The notes beneath the pieces are model-generated. The model saw only the letters and a program-made list of their open reading frames with translations. It was not told the origin of the DNA and did no database searches. The position numbers were made by a program, and so were the translations under genes. Below are positions 28,296 to 37,579 of a stretch of DNA of 64,000 nt, piece after piece. The stretch's first letter is position 1, and the number at the start of each line of letters is the position of its first letter. The stretch is from Dehalococcoidia bacterium (GTDB taxonomy: Bacteria > Chloroflexota > Dehalococcoidia > Bin125): NCBI GenBank assembly GCA_965261715.1, contig OZ253471.1, positions 462,165-526,164 on the forward strand, read 5' to 3'.

Positions 28296-29824
28296 CCGCC
28301 GGTTCGCGACAATTCTCGCGGCGCCAGCGATGCCCAGAAATCGCGCTCCTCTTCGCCTGGCGCATTCACGACTTCACTGTCGTGATTCAACGTCATCACG
28401 GCGCGGTCGTCTGCGTCGTATGTGGGCCACTCAGGCAGGTGTTCGTTGTTGGGATTTCCGGTCTTCGCGAATGCGAGATATGTCTGCATCATCGTTTCCG
28501 ACAGCGACTCCAGCTCCGGAGACGCATCACCACAGAACTGCTTCATGTTCTCGGCTTCGTACGTACCCCAGATGAAGGGGATGTCGAGCGAGTGGCAACT
28601 GCCGAGCTTGCCTTCGTGTGCCGGCGATGGATAGTCGAAGCGGTAGCTCCAGACGCCCTCGGTGTGCCGACGCTGCGCCTCCGCCGTCTTGACCGCCGGG
28701 ATGCGGAACATCGAGTCGGTCATGATCGCATTCCAGACCGCCGTGTTGTCGGTCGCCTCGCCGCGAACCTCGCGGGCTCGTTGGTAACGGTCGACGCCTT
28801 CCGCCGCTCGCATGCCGCCGAACGGCGCCGTCGCCGCGGCGAGCAGGTCGTTATTGGACATCTCGACGGAACCGGTGCTAGCAGGATTGAAGAGATTGAA
28901 CTCGTCCCTGGTGTGACCGATCAGTATCGGCATGCCCTTGGTCTGGATCCCCGCACCGATCCGAGCTTCAGCGTCGAGGCCAAGCGAGTAACCGTCGGCG
29001 ACCGGGCCGAATCTTGCGCCTCCGAATCCTCCACCAGTGAGTTCGACCTGATAGTCGAGAATGTCGCCGGCGTCGGCGCGTCGCATCCGCTCTGGATCGT
29101 CCCAGCCGCCGAAACGGAGCAGGAACTTCTCGGCGATGGCGCGCGCCTCGACCTTGGTGATCGTCGGGATCAGCGAGCCGCTCATCGGAATCGCCTTGTC
29201 GAACGCGCCGGTCGCGGCAGGCATCGCCATCAGGTGTGCGATGTCAAAACCGCCGGCGGACTGTCCGAAGACGGTGACATTGTTGGGGTCGCCACCGAAT
29301 GCTGCAATCTCACGCCGGACCCAGAACAGCGCCGCTGTCTGATCGAGCAGACCCTCGTTGCCATACGCCCCGAGAGTTGGTGCGTGCATCCATCCAAAGA
29401 CGCCGAGCCGGTAGTTGAGCGTGACCATGACCACGTCGCCGGTCATCGCCAAGCGCTTGCCGTCGATCCGCGGCTGCGTCCCCGAACCCACCGTGTTGCC
29501 GCCGCCGTGAATCCAGACCATGACGGGCCGCTTGCGGTCGTCGCAGGCCGGCGTCCAGACATTGAGGTAGAGGCAGTCTTCCGATTGCGTCTGCGCAGGA
29601 ATAACGATCAGGTCGCCGATTCCTCCAGCTAGCTGCCGTTGCATCGCGGAGGCTGAGAACTCGGTCGCGTCGCGGACCTCGTCCCATGGCGCACACGGCT
29701 CGGGAGGTCGCCAGCGAAGCTCGCCGACCGGCGGCTGAGCAAAGGGAACGCCGCGAAACACGACGCAACCGTCGTCCTCCGCGCCCTGAAGTTTGCCGAG
29801 AGATGTGCTGACTTGTGCTGGCAT
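28292..29824 (-). CDS. Type-B carboxylesterase/lipase
   Basis: FRGVPFAQPPVGELRW, WIHGGG and FGQSAGG (nucleophile elbow). ATG 29824 chosen. Confidence 0.85.
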   Translation of the reverse strand: MPAQVSTSLGKLQGAEDDGCVVFRGVPFAQPPVGELRWRPPEPCAPWDEVRDATEFSASAMQRQLAGGIGDLIVIPAQTQSEDCLYLNVWTPACDDRKRPVMVWIHGGGNTVGSGTQPRIDGKRLAMTGDVVMVTLNYRLGVFGWMHAPTLGAYGNEGLLDQTAALFWVRREIAAFGGDPNNVTVFGQSAGGFDIAHLMAMPAATGAFDKAIPMSGSLIPTITKVEARAIAEKFLLRFGGWDDPERMRRADAGDILDYQVELTGGGFGGARFGPVADGYSLGLDAEARIGAGIQTKGMPILIGHTRDEFNLFNPASTGSVEMSNNDLLAAATAPFGGMRAAEGVDRYQRAREVRGEATDNTAVWNAIMTDSMFRIPAVKTAEAQRRHTEGVWSYRFDYPSPAHEGKLGSCHSLDIPFIWGTYEAENMKQFCGDASPELESLSETMMQTYLAFAKTGNPNNEHLPEWPTYDADDRAVMTLNHDSEVVNAPGEEERDFWASLAPRELSRTGG

Positions 29825-29883
29825 GAGTGTCGCCTGTTGTTGAGGGCCGGAGATGGATCGATGGTAACGGTGGATAAAAGCCT

Positions 29884-30154
29884 CCCCCGTTGGAGACTTG
29901 CGCGTAAATCCCCTTCTCCCCCCGCAAGGAGACCTTTGCAAAACTCATGATTCCCCTCTCCCCCCCTTGCGGGGGGAGATGTCACGGAGTGACAGAGGGG
30001 GGGTCCGCCGACAGCGACCAGATAGGCCACGAGATGGGGAGCCCCCCCCGCCTTCGGCATCTCCCCCGCAAGGGGGGAGATGGGGAGTTTTTCAAAGGTC
30101 TCCGCAAGGGGGGAGAGGGGATTCATGAGTCTACGCGCAGGTCTCCACAGGGGG
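29884..30154. repeat. Family B mosaic G/C-run palindromic element, copy B1 (nested inverted repeats)
   Basis: Outer inverted repeats: cccccgttggagacttgcgcgtaaa (29884-29908) and tctacgcgcaggtctccacaggggg (30130-30154). Inner inverted repeats: ggagacctttgcaaaact and agtttttcaaaggtctcc. Core hairpins include TCTCCCCCCcttgcGGGGGGAGA, GTCACggaGTGAC and CATCTCCCCCgcaaGGGGGGAGATG. Confidence 0.8.
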
Positions 30155-30159
30155 AGCGC

Positions 30160-30798
30160 TTACATTTCGCAACCGACGAAGACAATTGAGCGCCCATTTC
30201 GATCCTGCAAGGCGCGGGCATTCGGGCCGTGAGTCAGTGCTTGCAACTGCTCGACTTGTCGCTGCGATACGGTCCTGATCGTCCGACTCACGTACCACTG
30301 GACCGGTTCGCTGAATGGCGGCGCGGTGAGCGACCCACTGTAGTGATAGAAGCCAAGGGCATCGGGTGCGTAATCGGCAGCGCACAGAGAAGGCACTGCG
30401 CCCTCCTCCTGGCCGGTCTGCGGACTCTCTTCGATCAGGCGCTGAATGGCATCGTTCGCCTCACCGATGCGGTAGACGGTTCCCGCCACAAGCAACTCGC
30501 GTTGCTCATTCCGGTGCACGAGATGGAGTTCTGCAGCGAACTCTTCGCCCTCAATCGTGTGTTCGGCAGGCGTGTGCCAGTGGATTTGAAGCAGCCGGAA
30601 TCGGTCATCGCCGAGCCGTAGCCCGCTGCCGCGAGCGAAGTGGATCAGCGGCAGGCCCTGCAGCCGCTCAACGCGGACAGCGACGCTGGCGTACTCGAAC
30701 TTGGGCGATGGACCATCGCTCGGAATCCAGCCGCAAATGTCGACGGGTGATTGTCCCCGACCGATGTCGCCTGACCTTGCCATATCAACCACATTCAC
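30160..30798 (-). CDS. Alpha-class carbonic anhydrase, compact, no evident signal peptide
   Basis: GQSPVDI, LLQIHWHTPAEH..ELHLVH (three Zn histidines), YSGSLTAPPFSEPVQW and NARALQDRNGR. Confidence 0.8.
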   Translation of the reverse strand: MNVVDMARSGDIGRGQSPVDICGWIPSDGPSPKFEYASVAVRVERLQGLPLIHFARGSGLRLGDDRFRLLQIHWHTPAEHTIEGEEFAAELHLVHRNEQRELLVAGTVYRIGEANDAIQRLIEESPQTGQEEGAVPSLCAADYAPDALGFYHYSGSLTAPPFSEPVQWYVSRTIRTVSQRQVEQLQALTHGPNARALQDRNGRSIVFVGCEM

Positions 30799-30895
30799 AT
30801 TTCATTGAGTCATCGAGCGGTAGATTAACTGGCGACCGTCGATTGATTCCGCTTACGCCGACACACAAGCGGCGGAGTGTCTTGAGGACGAAACA

Positions 30896-31768
30896 ATGAC
30901 TGTGCAGCAATACGAGACGTATGACCCGGCGGTACATAACCGCTCAACGCCGCAGGAGATCTTCGGTCCTGTGGTCAAAGTCGACAAGCTGGCGGACGGT
31001 GGGATCTATCTGATCACTCTGAATCGGCCGCATCGGTTGAACTCGATCGGCGACGGATTGAGTGACGCGCTCTACGACGCCTTCGTCGAGTATCGCGACG
31101 ATCCGAACGCCCGTTGCGCCGTGCTGACCGGAGCGGGTCGAGCCTTTTGCGCCGGCGCCGACTTGATCAACACGGCCGAGACTCGCGAGGCGGAGCGCGA
31201 CGGTCGGACCGGGAACGCGCCGATCATCACTCGCAGCAAGAATCCCGTCCCCCTGTCCGAGAACCTCAACCTGTGGAAGCCGACGATCGCCGCGATCAAC
31301 GGTTGGGCCGTCGCCGGTGGGTTCATGTACGCGATGCAGTGCGACATCCGCATCATGTCGGAAGAGGCTAAAATCGGTATCGCCGAGACGCGCTGGAACA
31401 TGGGCGGCGCCGGCTGGATGGCTCCGTTGACACGGCAAATCGGCCTGGGCTCGGCGATGGAGCTCACGCTCTGGGGAGACACGCAGTACGACGCCGAACG
31501 CTGCTATCAACTCGGCTGGGTGCAGCGAGTCGTGCCACGTGAGATGCTGCTGGAGACCGCACTCCAATACGCCCGCCGCATGCTCTACCTCGCCCCTCGC
31601 GAAGTGCGAAACATCAAGCAGGCCCTGTATCGCGGCTACTACATGGAGCCAATCATGGGCCAGCAGTTCGGCGCCGCGATCGAGCAGAACCTGCAAGGCA
31701 TGAACGACTCGATCGAGGGCCCCAAGGCGTTCTCCGAAAAGCGCCGCCCAAAGTTCACGGACACCTAA
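30896..31768 (+). CDS. Enoyl-CoA hydratase/isomerase (crotonase) family
   Basis: ITLNRPHRLNS, VLTGAGRAFCAGADL, INGWAVAGG. Confidence 0.85.
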   Translation: MTVQQYETYDPAVHNRSTPQEIFGPVVKVDKLADGGIYLITLNRPHRLNSIGDGLSDALYDAFVEYRDDPNARCAVLTGAGRAFCAGADLINTAETREAERDGRTGNAPIITRSKNPVPLSENLNLWKPTIAAINGWAVAGGFMYAMQCDIRIMSEEAKIGIAETRWNMGGAGWMAPLTRQIGLGSAMELTLWGDTQYDAERCYQLGWVQRVVPREMLLETALQYARRMLYLAPREVRNIKQALYRGYYMEPIMGQQFGAAIEQNLQGMNDSIEGPKAFSEKRRPKFTDT

Positions 31769-31776
31769 GAATGCCC

Positions 31777-31850
31777 TGAACAACCTGGATCCCCGCTTCC
31801 CCCCTTGCGGGGGAAGCTGCCGAAGGCTGAAGGGGGGGGTCCCCGCTCGA
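31777..31850. repeat. Family C repeat, copy C3 (right end missing)
   Basis: tgaacaacctggatccccgCTTCCCCCcttgcGGGGGAAGctgccgaaggctgaaggggggggtccccgctcg. Compare 42504..42596 and 62880..62972. Confidence 0.8.
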
Positions 31851-31885
31851 CCACCAGCAGGAATGACGCGGAAGAGTCCAAAGCC

Positions 31886-32206
31886 ATGTCAGAGTCAACT
31901 TCACTACGCATCGTCTGGCACGAGCAGACCTCCGACTTCGGCGAGCCGATGCCCTGGTTCGGCTCATGGCTCGTCGGCGAAGGCGAGTCCGAGGGCGATT
32001 GGTTCCACTCCGGTCGCGGAGCGGCGGAGACGACCCACGAGCCGCCGGATGGCGCGGTCGGCGTGAGGCTGCGCTTCTGGCCGTCGGAGGGGCTGGATCC
32101 GGAGTACATCGACTTGCCGCTGCCCGAGAGCGGTGTGATCGAGACGATCACGCTGAATTACGACCATCCGGGTCCGCATTCACGGTTGGATCTGTCGCAG
32201 CTGTAG
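31886..32206 (+). CDS. Hypothetical protein (106 aa)
   Basis: ORF bracketed by repeats C3 and A3. ATG 31886 chosen because the upstream part of the track ORF lies inside repeat C3. No recognisable motifs. Confidence 0.35.
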   Translation: MSESTSLRIVWHEQTSDFGEPMPWFGSWLVGEGESEGDWFHSGRGAAETTHEPPDGAVGVRLRFWPSEGLDPEYIDLPLPESGVIETITLNYDHPGPHSRLDLSQL

Positions 32207-32220
32207 TCACCGCTATCCAA

Positions 32221-32324
32221 AACTCCGTCATTGCCGCGCTTGCCGCGGCAATCTCGCTGTGCTCTGCAACGCGGTCCGTGCTCGGCTCAGCGAGATACCC
32301 GCGGCAAGCGCGGGTATGACGGGA
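32221..32324. repeat. Family A bipartite palindromic repeat, copy 3 (short spacer)
   Basis: aactccgtcattGCCGCGcttgCCGCGGCaatctcgct ... gcgagatACCCGCGgcaagCGCGGGTatgacggga. Confidence 0.8.
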
Positions 32325-32421
32325 ATCCGCTCTCTGAGATGTCACTTCTGTTACGGCTCCGTTAGACTTCCACTAACTATCGAGTGATGGCCTGCTCCGT
32401 CGGGTTTTGGAAGGAAATTGC

Positions 32422-33642
32422 ATGGTTACCGCTGAACGTCCCGCAGCCGATCCGGTCGGATATGAGATTCCAGAACATCGCACGCTGAGCCCGGGCATTG
32501 AGGGTTGGGCTCGGACGGCGCGGCCGGAGGACCCGAAGAAGTACTTCATGGTCTCCGCCGATTGCCACGTGCATGAGCCGGTTGACCTCTGGGAGCGACG
32601 TGTCGATGAGAAGTACCGACATCGTCTGCCCCGCATTGAGGTCGACGAGGATGGCGTCCGCTGGCAGGTGACCGAGGGTCACCGCCCGACCAAGATTCGC
32701 GATCTGAAGCTCGCCGGCGAGGACCTCGTCCGCGACAAGCACGGCAACGCCTTCCCCGAAGAGCGTTTCCGCGACATGGACCGTGACGGCGTCGACACCG
32801 AGATCATCTTCCCGAACAAGGGTCTCTCAATGTGGGCGACCTCCGACCCGGTTTTCTCCAACGCCATGTGCAGCGCCTGGAACGACTGGGCCTGGGAAAC
32901 CTTCAGCGAGACGTACCACCGTTCCTCTCCGCTGGCCTGTGTTGCTTCTGGCGACATCCCCGGGGCGATTGCCGAAATCCAGCGCTCGGCCGAGCGCGGC
33001 TTCCGCGGCTTCTCCTTCCCGGCCAAGCCGGTCTGGGGACCGACCGGCGAGGACTCCCGCAACTACAACCTGCCCGAGTTCGACCCGCTCTGGGCGGCCG
33101 TCGAAGAGACCGGCCTGCCGATCACGTTCCACGTCTCGACCGGACGCGACCCGCGCGGCGCGCGCGGCAATGGCGGTGCGGTCACGAACTACGTCTTCCA
33201 CTCGCTGGCGATGACGATGGAACCGATCATCAACATGTGCGCCTCGGGCGTGTTCCAGCGCTTCCCCGGCCTGCGTGCCGGCACCATCGAAGCCGGCATC
33301 GGCTGGATTCCCTGGGCGATGACGGCGATGGACGAGGCCTACCACAAGCACCACATGTGGGCCTTCCCCAAGCTCGAGGGCCTGCCCTCGGACTACTACC
33401 GAGCACACTGCTTCGGTTCGTTCCAGGAAGACGCTCCCGGCATCGACCTGGCTCGCAAGAACGACCTGATCGACAATCTGCTCTGGGCCAACGACTACCC
33501 CCACCACGAGGGTTCCTGGCCCCACTCGGCGTCGGCGATCGAGCGTTCAATGGGCGATCTGACCGACGAGGAGCGGGCCAAGATACTCGGTCTGAACGCC
33601 GCCAGGCTGTTCAAATTCGATGTACCGGAGTCGAAGCGATAG
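32422..33642 (+). CDS. Amidohydrolase-2 (ACMSD-like metal-dependent hydrolase/decarboxylase)
   Basis: SADCHVHEP, FHVSTG and ANDYPHHEGSWPHS. ATG 32422 is preceded by GGAAGGA. Confidence 0.8.
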   Translation: MVTAERPAADPVGYEIPEHRTLSPGIEGWARTARPEDPKKYFMVSADCHVHEPVDLWERRVDEKYRHRLPRIEVDEDGVRWQVTEGHRPTKIRDLKLAGEDLVRDKHGNAFPEERFRDMDRDGVDTEIIFPNKGLSMWATSDPVFSNAMCSAWNDWAWETFSETYHRSSPLACVASGDIPGAIAEIQRSAERGFRGFSFPAKPVWGPTGEDSRNYNLPEFDPLWAAVEETGLPITFHVSTGRDPRGARGNGGAVTNYVFHSLAMTMEPIINMCASGVFQRFPGLRAGTIEAGIGWIPWAMTAMDEAYHKHHMWAFPKLEGLPSDYYRAHCFGSFQEDAPGIDLARKNDLIDNLLWANDYPHHEGSWPHSASAIERSMGDLTDEERAKILGLNAARLFKFDVPESKR

Positions 33643-33757
33643 ACGGTATTTGTACCCTATCGAGAACGAAGGCAGTCTCGCCAATCTGTGTATACTCCGC
33701 GAGGAGCGAGACGGTCTAGCTCGCATAACGAGTAGACGCTGAAAGGACCTGGAACAC

Positions 33758-34930
33758 ATGAGATGGCCAAGCTTGAAGGGGCGGCGACTAGTAAGCGCTC
33801 TGCTATTCGCAGGAGCGGCATTAATCGCTGGAGTGGTGATCGGCGCTTGTACGTCAGACGAAGACCAACAGCAGGCGCAGGCTGGCGACCAACAGACGGC
33901 AATGCAGGATCAGGATCAACCGCAGACCCAGGTCTCCGGCGAGCCTCGTGGCAACACGGTGCAGCTGGTCAAGGATCGCGGCGTGCTCAAGTGCGGCGTC
34001 AAGCAGACGCAGCCGTTGTTCGGTTTCCGCGAGCCCGATGGTTCGGTGGTCGGCTTTGATGTCGACTTCTGTAAGGCCATCGCCGAGGCACTGGAAGTTG
34101 ACCTCGAACTGGTTGACGCGTCCGACGCCTCGACTCGATTCGAGCTCCTCGCCGACGGTCAAATCGATGTGCTGATCCGCACAACGACCATCACCGCCTC
34201 GCGAGACCGCGAACTCGGCGTCGACTTCGCACAGACCACGTTCTACACCGGTCAGGGCTTCGCAGTTCACGCCGGCGCCGGCATCAACTCGACTGCCGAC
34301 ATGGGCGGCGCGACCATCTGTGTTCAGTCCGGTACGACAACTGAGCAGAACCTCGCTGACCACTTCACCGACATCGCGCTGAGCTACACGCCGCTTGGCG
34401 GTTCCGACCAGGAAACGCAGGACGCGTTCCTTGCCGGCCGCTGTGACGTATGGACCGCCGACCAGTCCAACCTCGCCTCCCGTATCGGCGTGCTCGAGAA
34501 CGCCGACGACTTCGTCATCCTCGGTGAGCTGATCTCCAAGGAGCCGCTGGGTCCTGGCGTCCGCGACTACGACTCCGAGTTCAAGGATGTCGTGAACTGG
34601 ATTGTGCATGGTCTGATCGCTGCTGAGGAAATGGGCGTCAACCAGTCCAACGTGGCAGCCATGGCCTCGAACCCGCCGAACACCGCCATCGCGCGTTTGC
34701 TCGGTGTGCCGTTCGAAGGCGGCGAGGTCTCGACGCTAGGCTTCGACTCGGTCGGTGCGCAGTTCATCCAGCGCGCGCTGATCGCAGTGGGCAACTACGG
34801 CGAGATCTACGAGAACAACGTCGGTAGCGCGGTTCCGCGAGCCTGCACGTTGAACGCCTTGGCCTCGGAGGACAAGAGCAACTGTCCGCCAGGCACCGGC
34901 GGCATCCAGTACGCACTGCCGTATCGCTAA
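33758..34930 (+). CDS. Amino-acid ABC transporter substrate-binding lipoprotein (general L-amino-acid type)
   Basis: Lipobox VVIGAC. GVLKCGVKQTQPLFGFREPDG..GFDVDFCKAIA pattern of family-3 SBPs. Confidence 0.85.
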   Translation: MRWPSLKGRRLVSALLFAGAALIAGVVIGACTSDEDQQQAQAGDQQTAMQDQDQPQTQVSGEPRGNTVQLVKDRGVLKCGVKQTQPLFGFREPDGSVVGFDVDFCKAIAEALEVDLELVDASDASTRFELLADGQIDVLIRTTTITASRDRELGVDFAQTTFYTGQGFAVHAGAGINSTADMGGATICVQSGTTTEQNLADHFTDIALSYTPLGGSDQETQDAFLAGRCDVWTADQSNLASRIGVLENADDFVILGELISKEPLGPGVRDYDSEFKDVVNWIVHGLIAAEEMGVNQSNVAAMASNPPNTAIARLLGVPFEGGEVSTLGFDSVGAQFIQRALIAVGNYGEIYENNVGSAVPRACTLNALASEDKSNCPPGTGGIQYALPYR

Positions 34931-34954
34931 ACCGTCGTTCAACGGTTCAACGGA

Positions 34955-34982
34955 GGGGCCGCCCGCAGGGGCGGCCCCTTTT
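34955..34982 (+). terminator. Intrinsic terminator/attenuator after the SBP gene
   Basis: GGGGCCGCC cgcagg GGCGGCCCC followed by TTTT. Confidence 0.7.
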
Positions 34983-35018
34983 GCTACCCCAACCCATCGG
35001 AGCGGTCTCCGTTAACCT

Positions 35019-36287
35019 GTGGCGCAACGCACGCGCCTTGAGTTGAACATCGAGCAGGATCGCATGTCCGCACAAGCGCCTCCATCGCCTGCACCTCCCA
35101 GTGGGCCGCCGACGCCCGCCGGTCACGTGCCGCTGTTCTACCGGCGCGGATTCCGCAACGTCCTGCAGCAGGCGATCTACGTTGCGATAACGGCGATCAT
35201 TGCCTGGTACGTGTACACGTCGCTGGGCTTGCGAGAATTTGGCTTCGGATTCCTCGGCGAGCCGGCAGGATTCGCGGTCGGTTCGCAATGGCTGACCGAG
35301 GTCGACGGCGTCTCCAGCTCGCGCCTGGAGATTTACCTCGTCGGCGTGTGGGCGTCGATTCGCGCCGTCCTCGTAGCAATGTTCCTTTCCACCATCGTCG
35401 GCGTAGTGGTCGGCGTGGCGCGGCTGTCGTCCAATTTCCTGGTCGCCAAGATGGCGACATTGTTTGTCGAGATATTCCGCAACACGCCGCTGCTCGTCCA
35501 GGTGGTGCTCTGGTACGCCGTCTTGCTCGTCGGCGCGCCGATCATTCAGAACGTCGTCAACGTCGGCGATTTCTTCTTCCTCTCCAATCGCGGCATCGCG
35601 ATTCCCTGGCCCGTGCCTTCGGGCGGCCTGTGGGGCCTTCCTGACTGGTTCGTTGGCGTCTGGGTATTGCTGCTGATTCTCGCCGCATTCGTTGCGATGA
35701 GGGTTCGTGCATCGCGACAGGAAATCGAGCGTGAGACTGGACAGCCGCACTACCCGAATCGTTGGGCATTTGCGATCTTCGCAGGCGCCGCGCTGATCTC
35801 TTTCTTGCTGCTCGGTGTGGTCGTCTCGATTGACCGGCCGATTCTTTCTGGCACGCAGTATGCCGAAGGCATGGTGATCAAGCCTGAGTTCGCCGCGTTG
35901 GTGCTCGGCCTGACCGCGTACACCGGCGCATTCATCGCTGAGATTGTCCGCGGCAGCATCCAGGCGCTGCCACGCGGGCAGAGCGAAGCGGCCAATGCCA
36001 TCGGCCTGTCGGGCTATCAGCGTCTGACGCTGATTATCCTGCCGCAGGCCTTGCGCCAGATGGTCCCCTCGGTGACCAACCAGTACCTCAACGTGAACAA
36101 GAACTCATCGCTGGCCTACGCGGTCCTCTACGACGACCTGTTCCGTATCGCAACGGTGATCCAGAACAAGGCTGGTCACGCGCTCGAGATGTTCTTCGTG
36201 ATCATCGTGACCTACATGATCATCTCATTCGCGATCTCTGCGGTCATGAACATAGTCAACGCGCGGGTCACCGCGCAGCGGTTGTAG
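35019..36287 (+). CDS. Amino-acid ABC transporter permease (AapQ-like)
   Basis: Polytopic protein with the permease EAA-like region GSIQALPRGQSEAANAIGLSGYQ. Start is either GTG 35019 or ATG 35064. Confidence 0.85.
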   Translation: MAQRTRLELNIEQDRMSAQAPPSPAPPSGPPTPAGHVPLFYRRGFRNVLQQAIYVAITAIIAWYVYTSLGLREFGFGFLGEPAGFAVGSQWLTEVDGVSSSRLEIYLVGVWASIRAVLVAMFLSTIVGVVVGVARLSSNFLVAKMATLFVEIFRNTPLLVQVVLWYAVLLVGAPIIQNVVNVGDFFFLSNRGIAIPWPVPSGGLWGLPDWFVGVWVLLLILAAFVAMRVRASRQEIERETGQPHYPNRWAFAIFAGAALISFLLLGVVVSIDRPILSGTQYAEGMVIKPEFAALVLGLTAYTGAFIAEIVRGSIQALPRGQSEAANAIGLSGYQRLTLIILPQALRQMVPSVTNQYLNVNKNSSLAYAVLYDDLFRIATVIQNKAGHALEMFFVIIVTYMIISFAISAVMNIVNARVTAQRL

Positions 36288-36296
36288 GGGGCGCCG

Positions 36297-37565
36297 ATGT
36301 CTGAACTTCCCCCGATCCCGCGGCCCGTACAGTTACCGATGCCGCCGCCCGGCCAGCGCAAGATCGTGTTGCCGCCGCACCGACAACGCTCCAGTCGACC
36401 GTGGTCGGTTCGCGCCCGCGAGTGGATTCTCCGCAATCTCTTCCCTTCGTTTGGAGGCTCGCTGCTGACCCTCGTGTCGGGCGGATTCCTCGGGCTGTTG
36501 CTGATTGGAATTCTGTGGTTCGTGCTCATCGACGCGAACTGGAGCGTCGTCACCGAGAACCGTTGGCTGCTGTTCGCCGGATCCTTCCCGCGCGAGGAGG
36601 CCTGGCGGCTGTGGACCAGCATCGCCCTCGTGATGTTCCTGATCGGTCTCGCCTACGGCACCTGGTCGAGCCTCGGACAACGAGACACGCTGTTCATCGC
36701 GTTGACCGGCGGATTTGTGATTTTCTTGATGGCGCACGGCGGCGCAACGATCTGGTCGTCGATCTGGTTCCTCGCCGCGATCGGCTTCCTTTACTTCGGC
36801 TACTTCCTGACCGTCTGGATGCCACGCGAAACGTCCCCACGGCGCACGCTGCAACAGCGGGTCGTGGGAGGATTGATGGCGCTTTCGTTACCGCTCGTGC
36901 TTGTGATCCTGATGGTCGCCGGCGGCGCAAACACGCGCCAGTTCGACGGCTTCGTGTTGAACCTGATCCTGGCCCCGGTGGGCATCGTCGGCGGACTGGT
37001 CGTTGCAATCCCGCTCGCACTGGGCCGCGCGTCCAACATGAAGACCATCAAATGGACCTGCACGGCCTACATCGAGGTCGTACGCGGCGCCCCGCTCTTG
37101 GGCTGGCTATTCGTGGCGCTGTTCATCCTCGATGACGTCATCGGCGGCGATCTGATTGTCCGCACGATGGTCGTGCTGGCCGTGTTCACTGGCGCCTACA
37201 TGGCGGAATACATTCGCGGCGGACTGCAGGCCTTGCCGAGAGGCCAATCCGAAGCGGCGCAGGCCGTCGGACTGACCAAGTTCCAGTCAATGCAGTTGAT
37301 CGTCATGCCGCAGGCGCTGAGGATTTCAATCCCGCCGATCGTCGGTCAGGCCATTGCGATCTGGAAGGACACGACGCTCGTGACGGTCATCCTGACCTTG
37401 CGCGAACTCAAGGGAAACGCCGACTCCGCGATCGCCCAATCGGAGTTCATTCCCGACCGGATCGAGGCCTACGTGTTTGTCGCCGTGGTCTTCTGGGTGG
37501 TCGCGTTCATGATGTCGAGGATTTCCCAGCGAGTAGAACGCGCCCAAGGAATCGGTGAGCGCTGA
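36297..37565 (+). CDS. Amino-acid ABC transporter permease (AapM-like)
   Basis: GGLQALPRGQSEAAQAVGLTKFQ. Polytopic. Confidence 0.85.
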   Translation: MSELPPIPRPVQLPMPPPGQRKIVLPPHRQRSSRPWSVRAREWILRNLFPSFGGSLLTLVSGGFLGLLLIGILWFVLIDANWSVVTENRWLLFAGSFPREEAWRLWTSIALVMFLIGLAYGTWSSLGQRDTLFIALTGGFVIFLMAHGGATIWSSIWFLAAIGFLYFGYFLTVWMPRETSPRRTLQQRVVGGLMALSLPLVLVILMVAGGANTRQFDGFVLNLILAPVGIVGGLVVAIPLALGRASNMKTIKWTCTAYIEVVRGAPLLGWLFVALFILDDVIGGDLIVRTMVVLAVFTGAYMAEYIRGGLQALPRGQSEAAQAVGLTKFQSMQLIVMPQALRISIPPIVGQAIAIWKDTTLVTVILTLRELKGNADSAIAQSEFIPDRIEAYVFVAVVFWVVAFMMSRISQRVERAQGIGER

Positions 37566-37579
37566 CGACGAGAATGAGT

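Noticed and set aside
29947-30189. Recurrent peptide MIPLSPPCGGRCHGVTEGGSA.SDQIG.EMGS encoded at 29947.., 45636.. and (minus strand) within 62635..63261. It could look like a conserved small protein family.
   Set aside because: The conservation is at the DNA level within family B palindromic repeats, which occur in both orientations. The frames are not preserved beyond the repeat, there is no RBS, and the peptides consist of hairpin arms (poly-Pro/Gly). In 45636..47000 the real start is ATG 45822, which has a good RBS.
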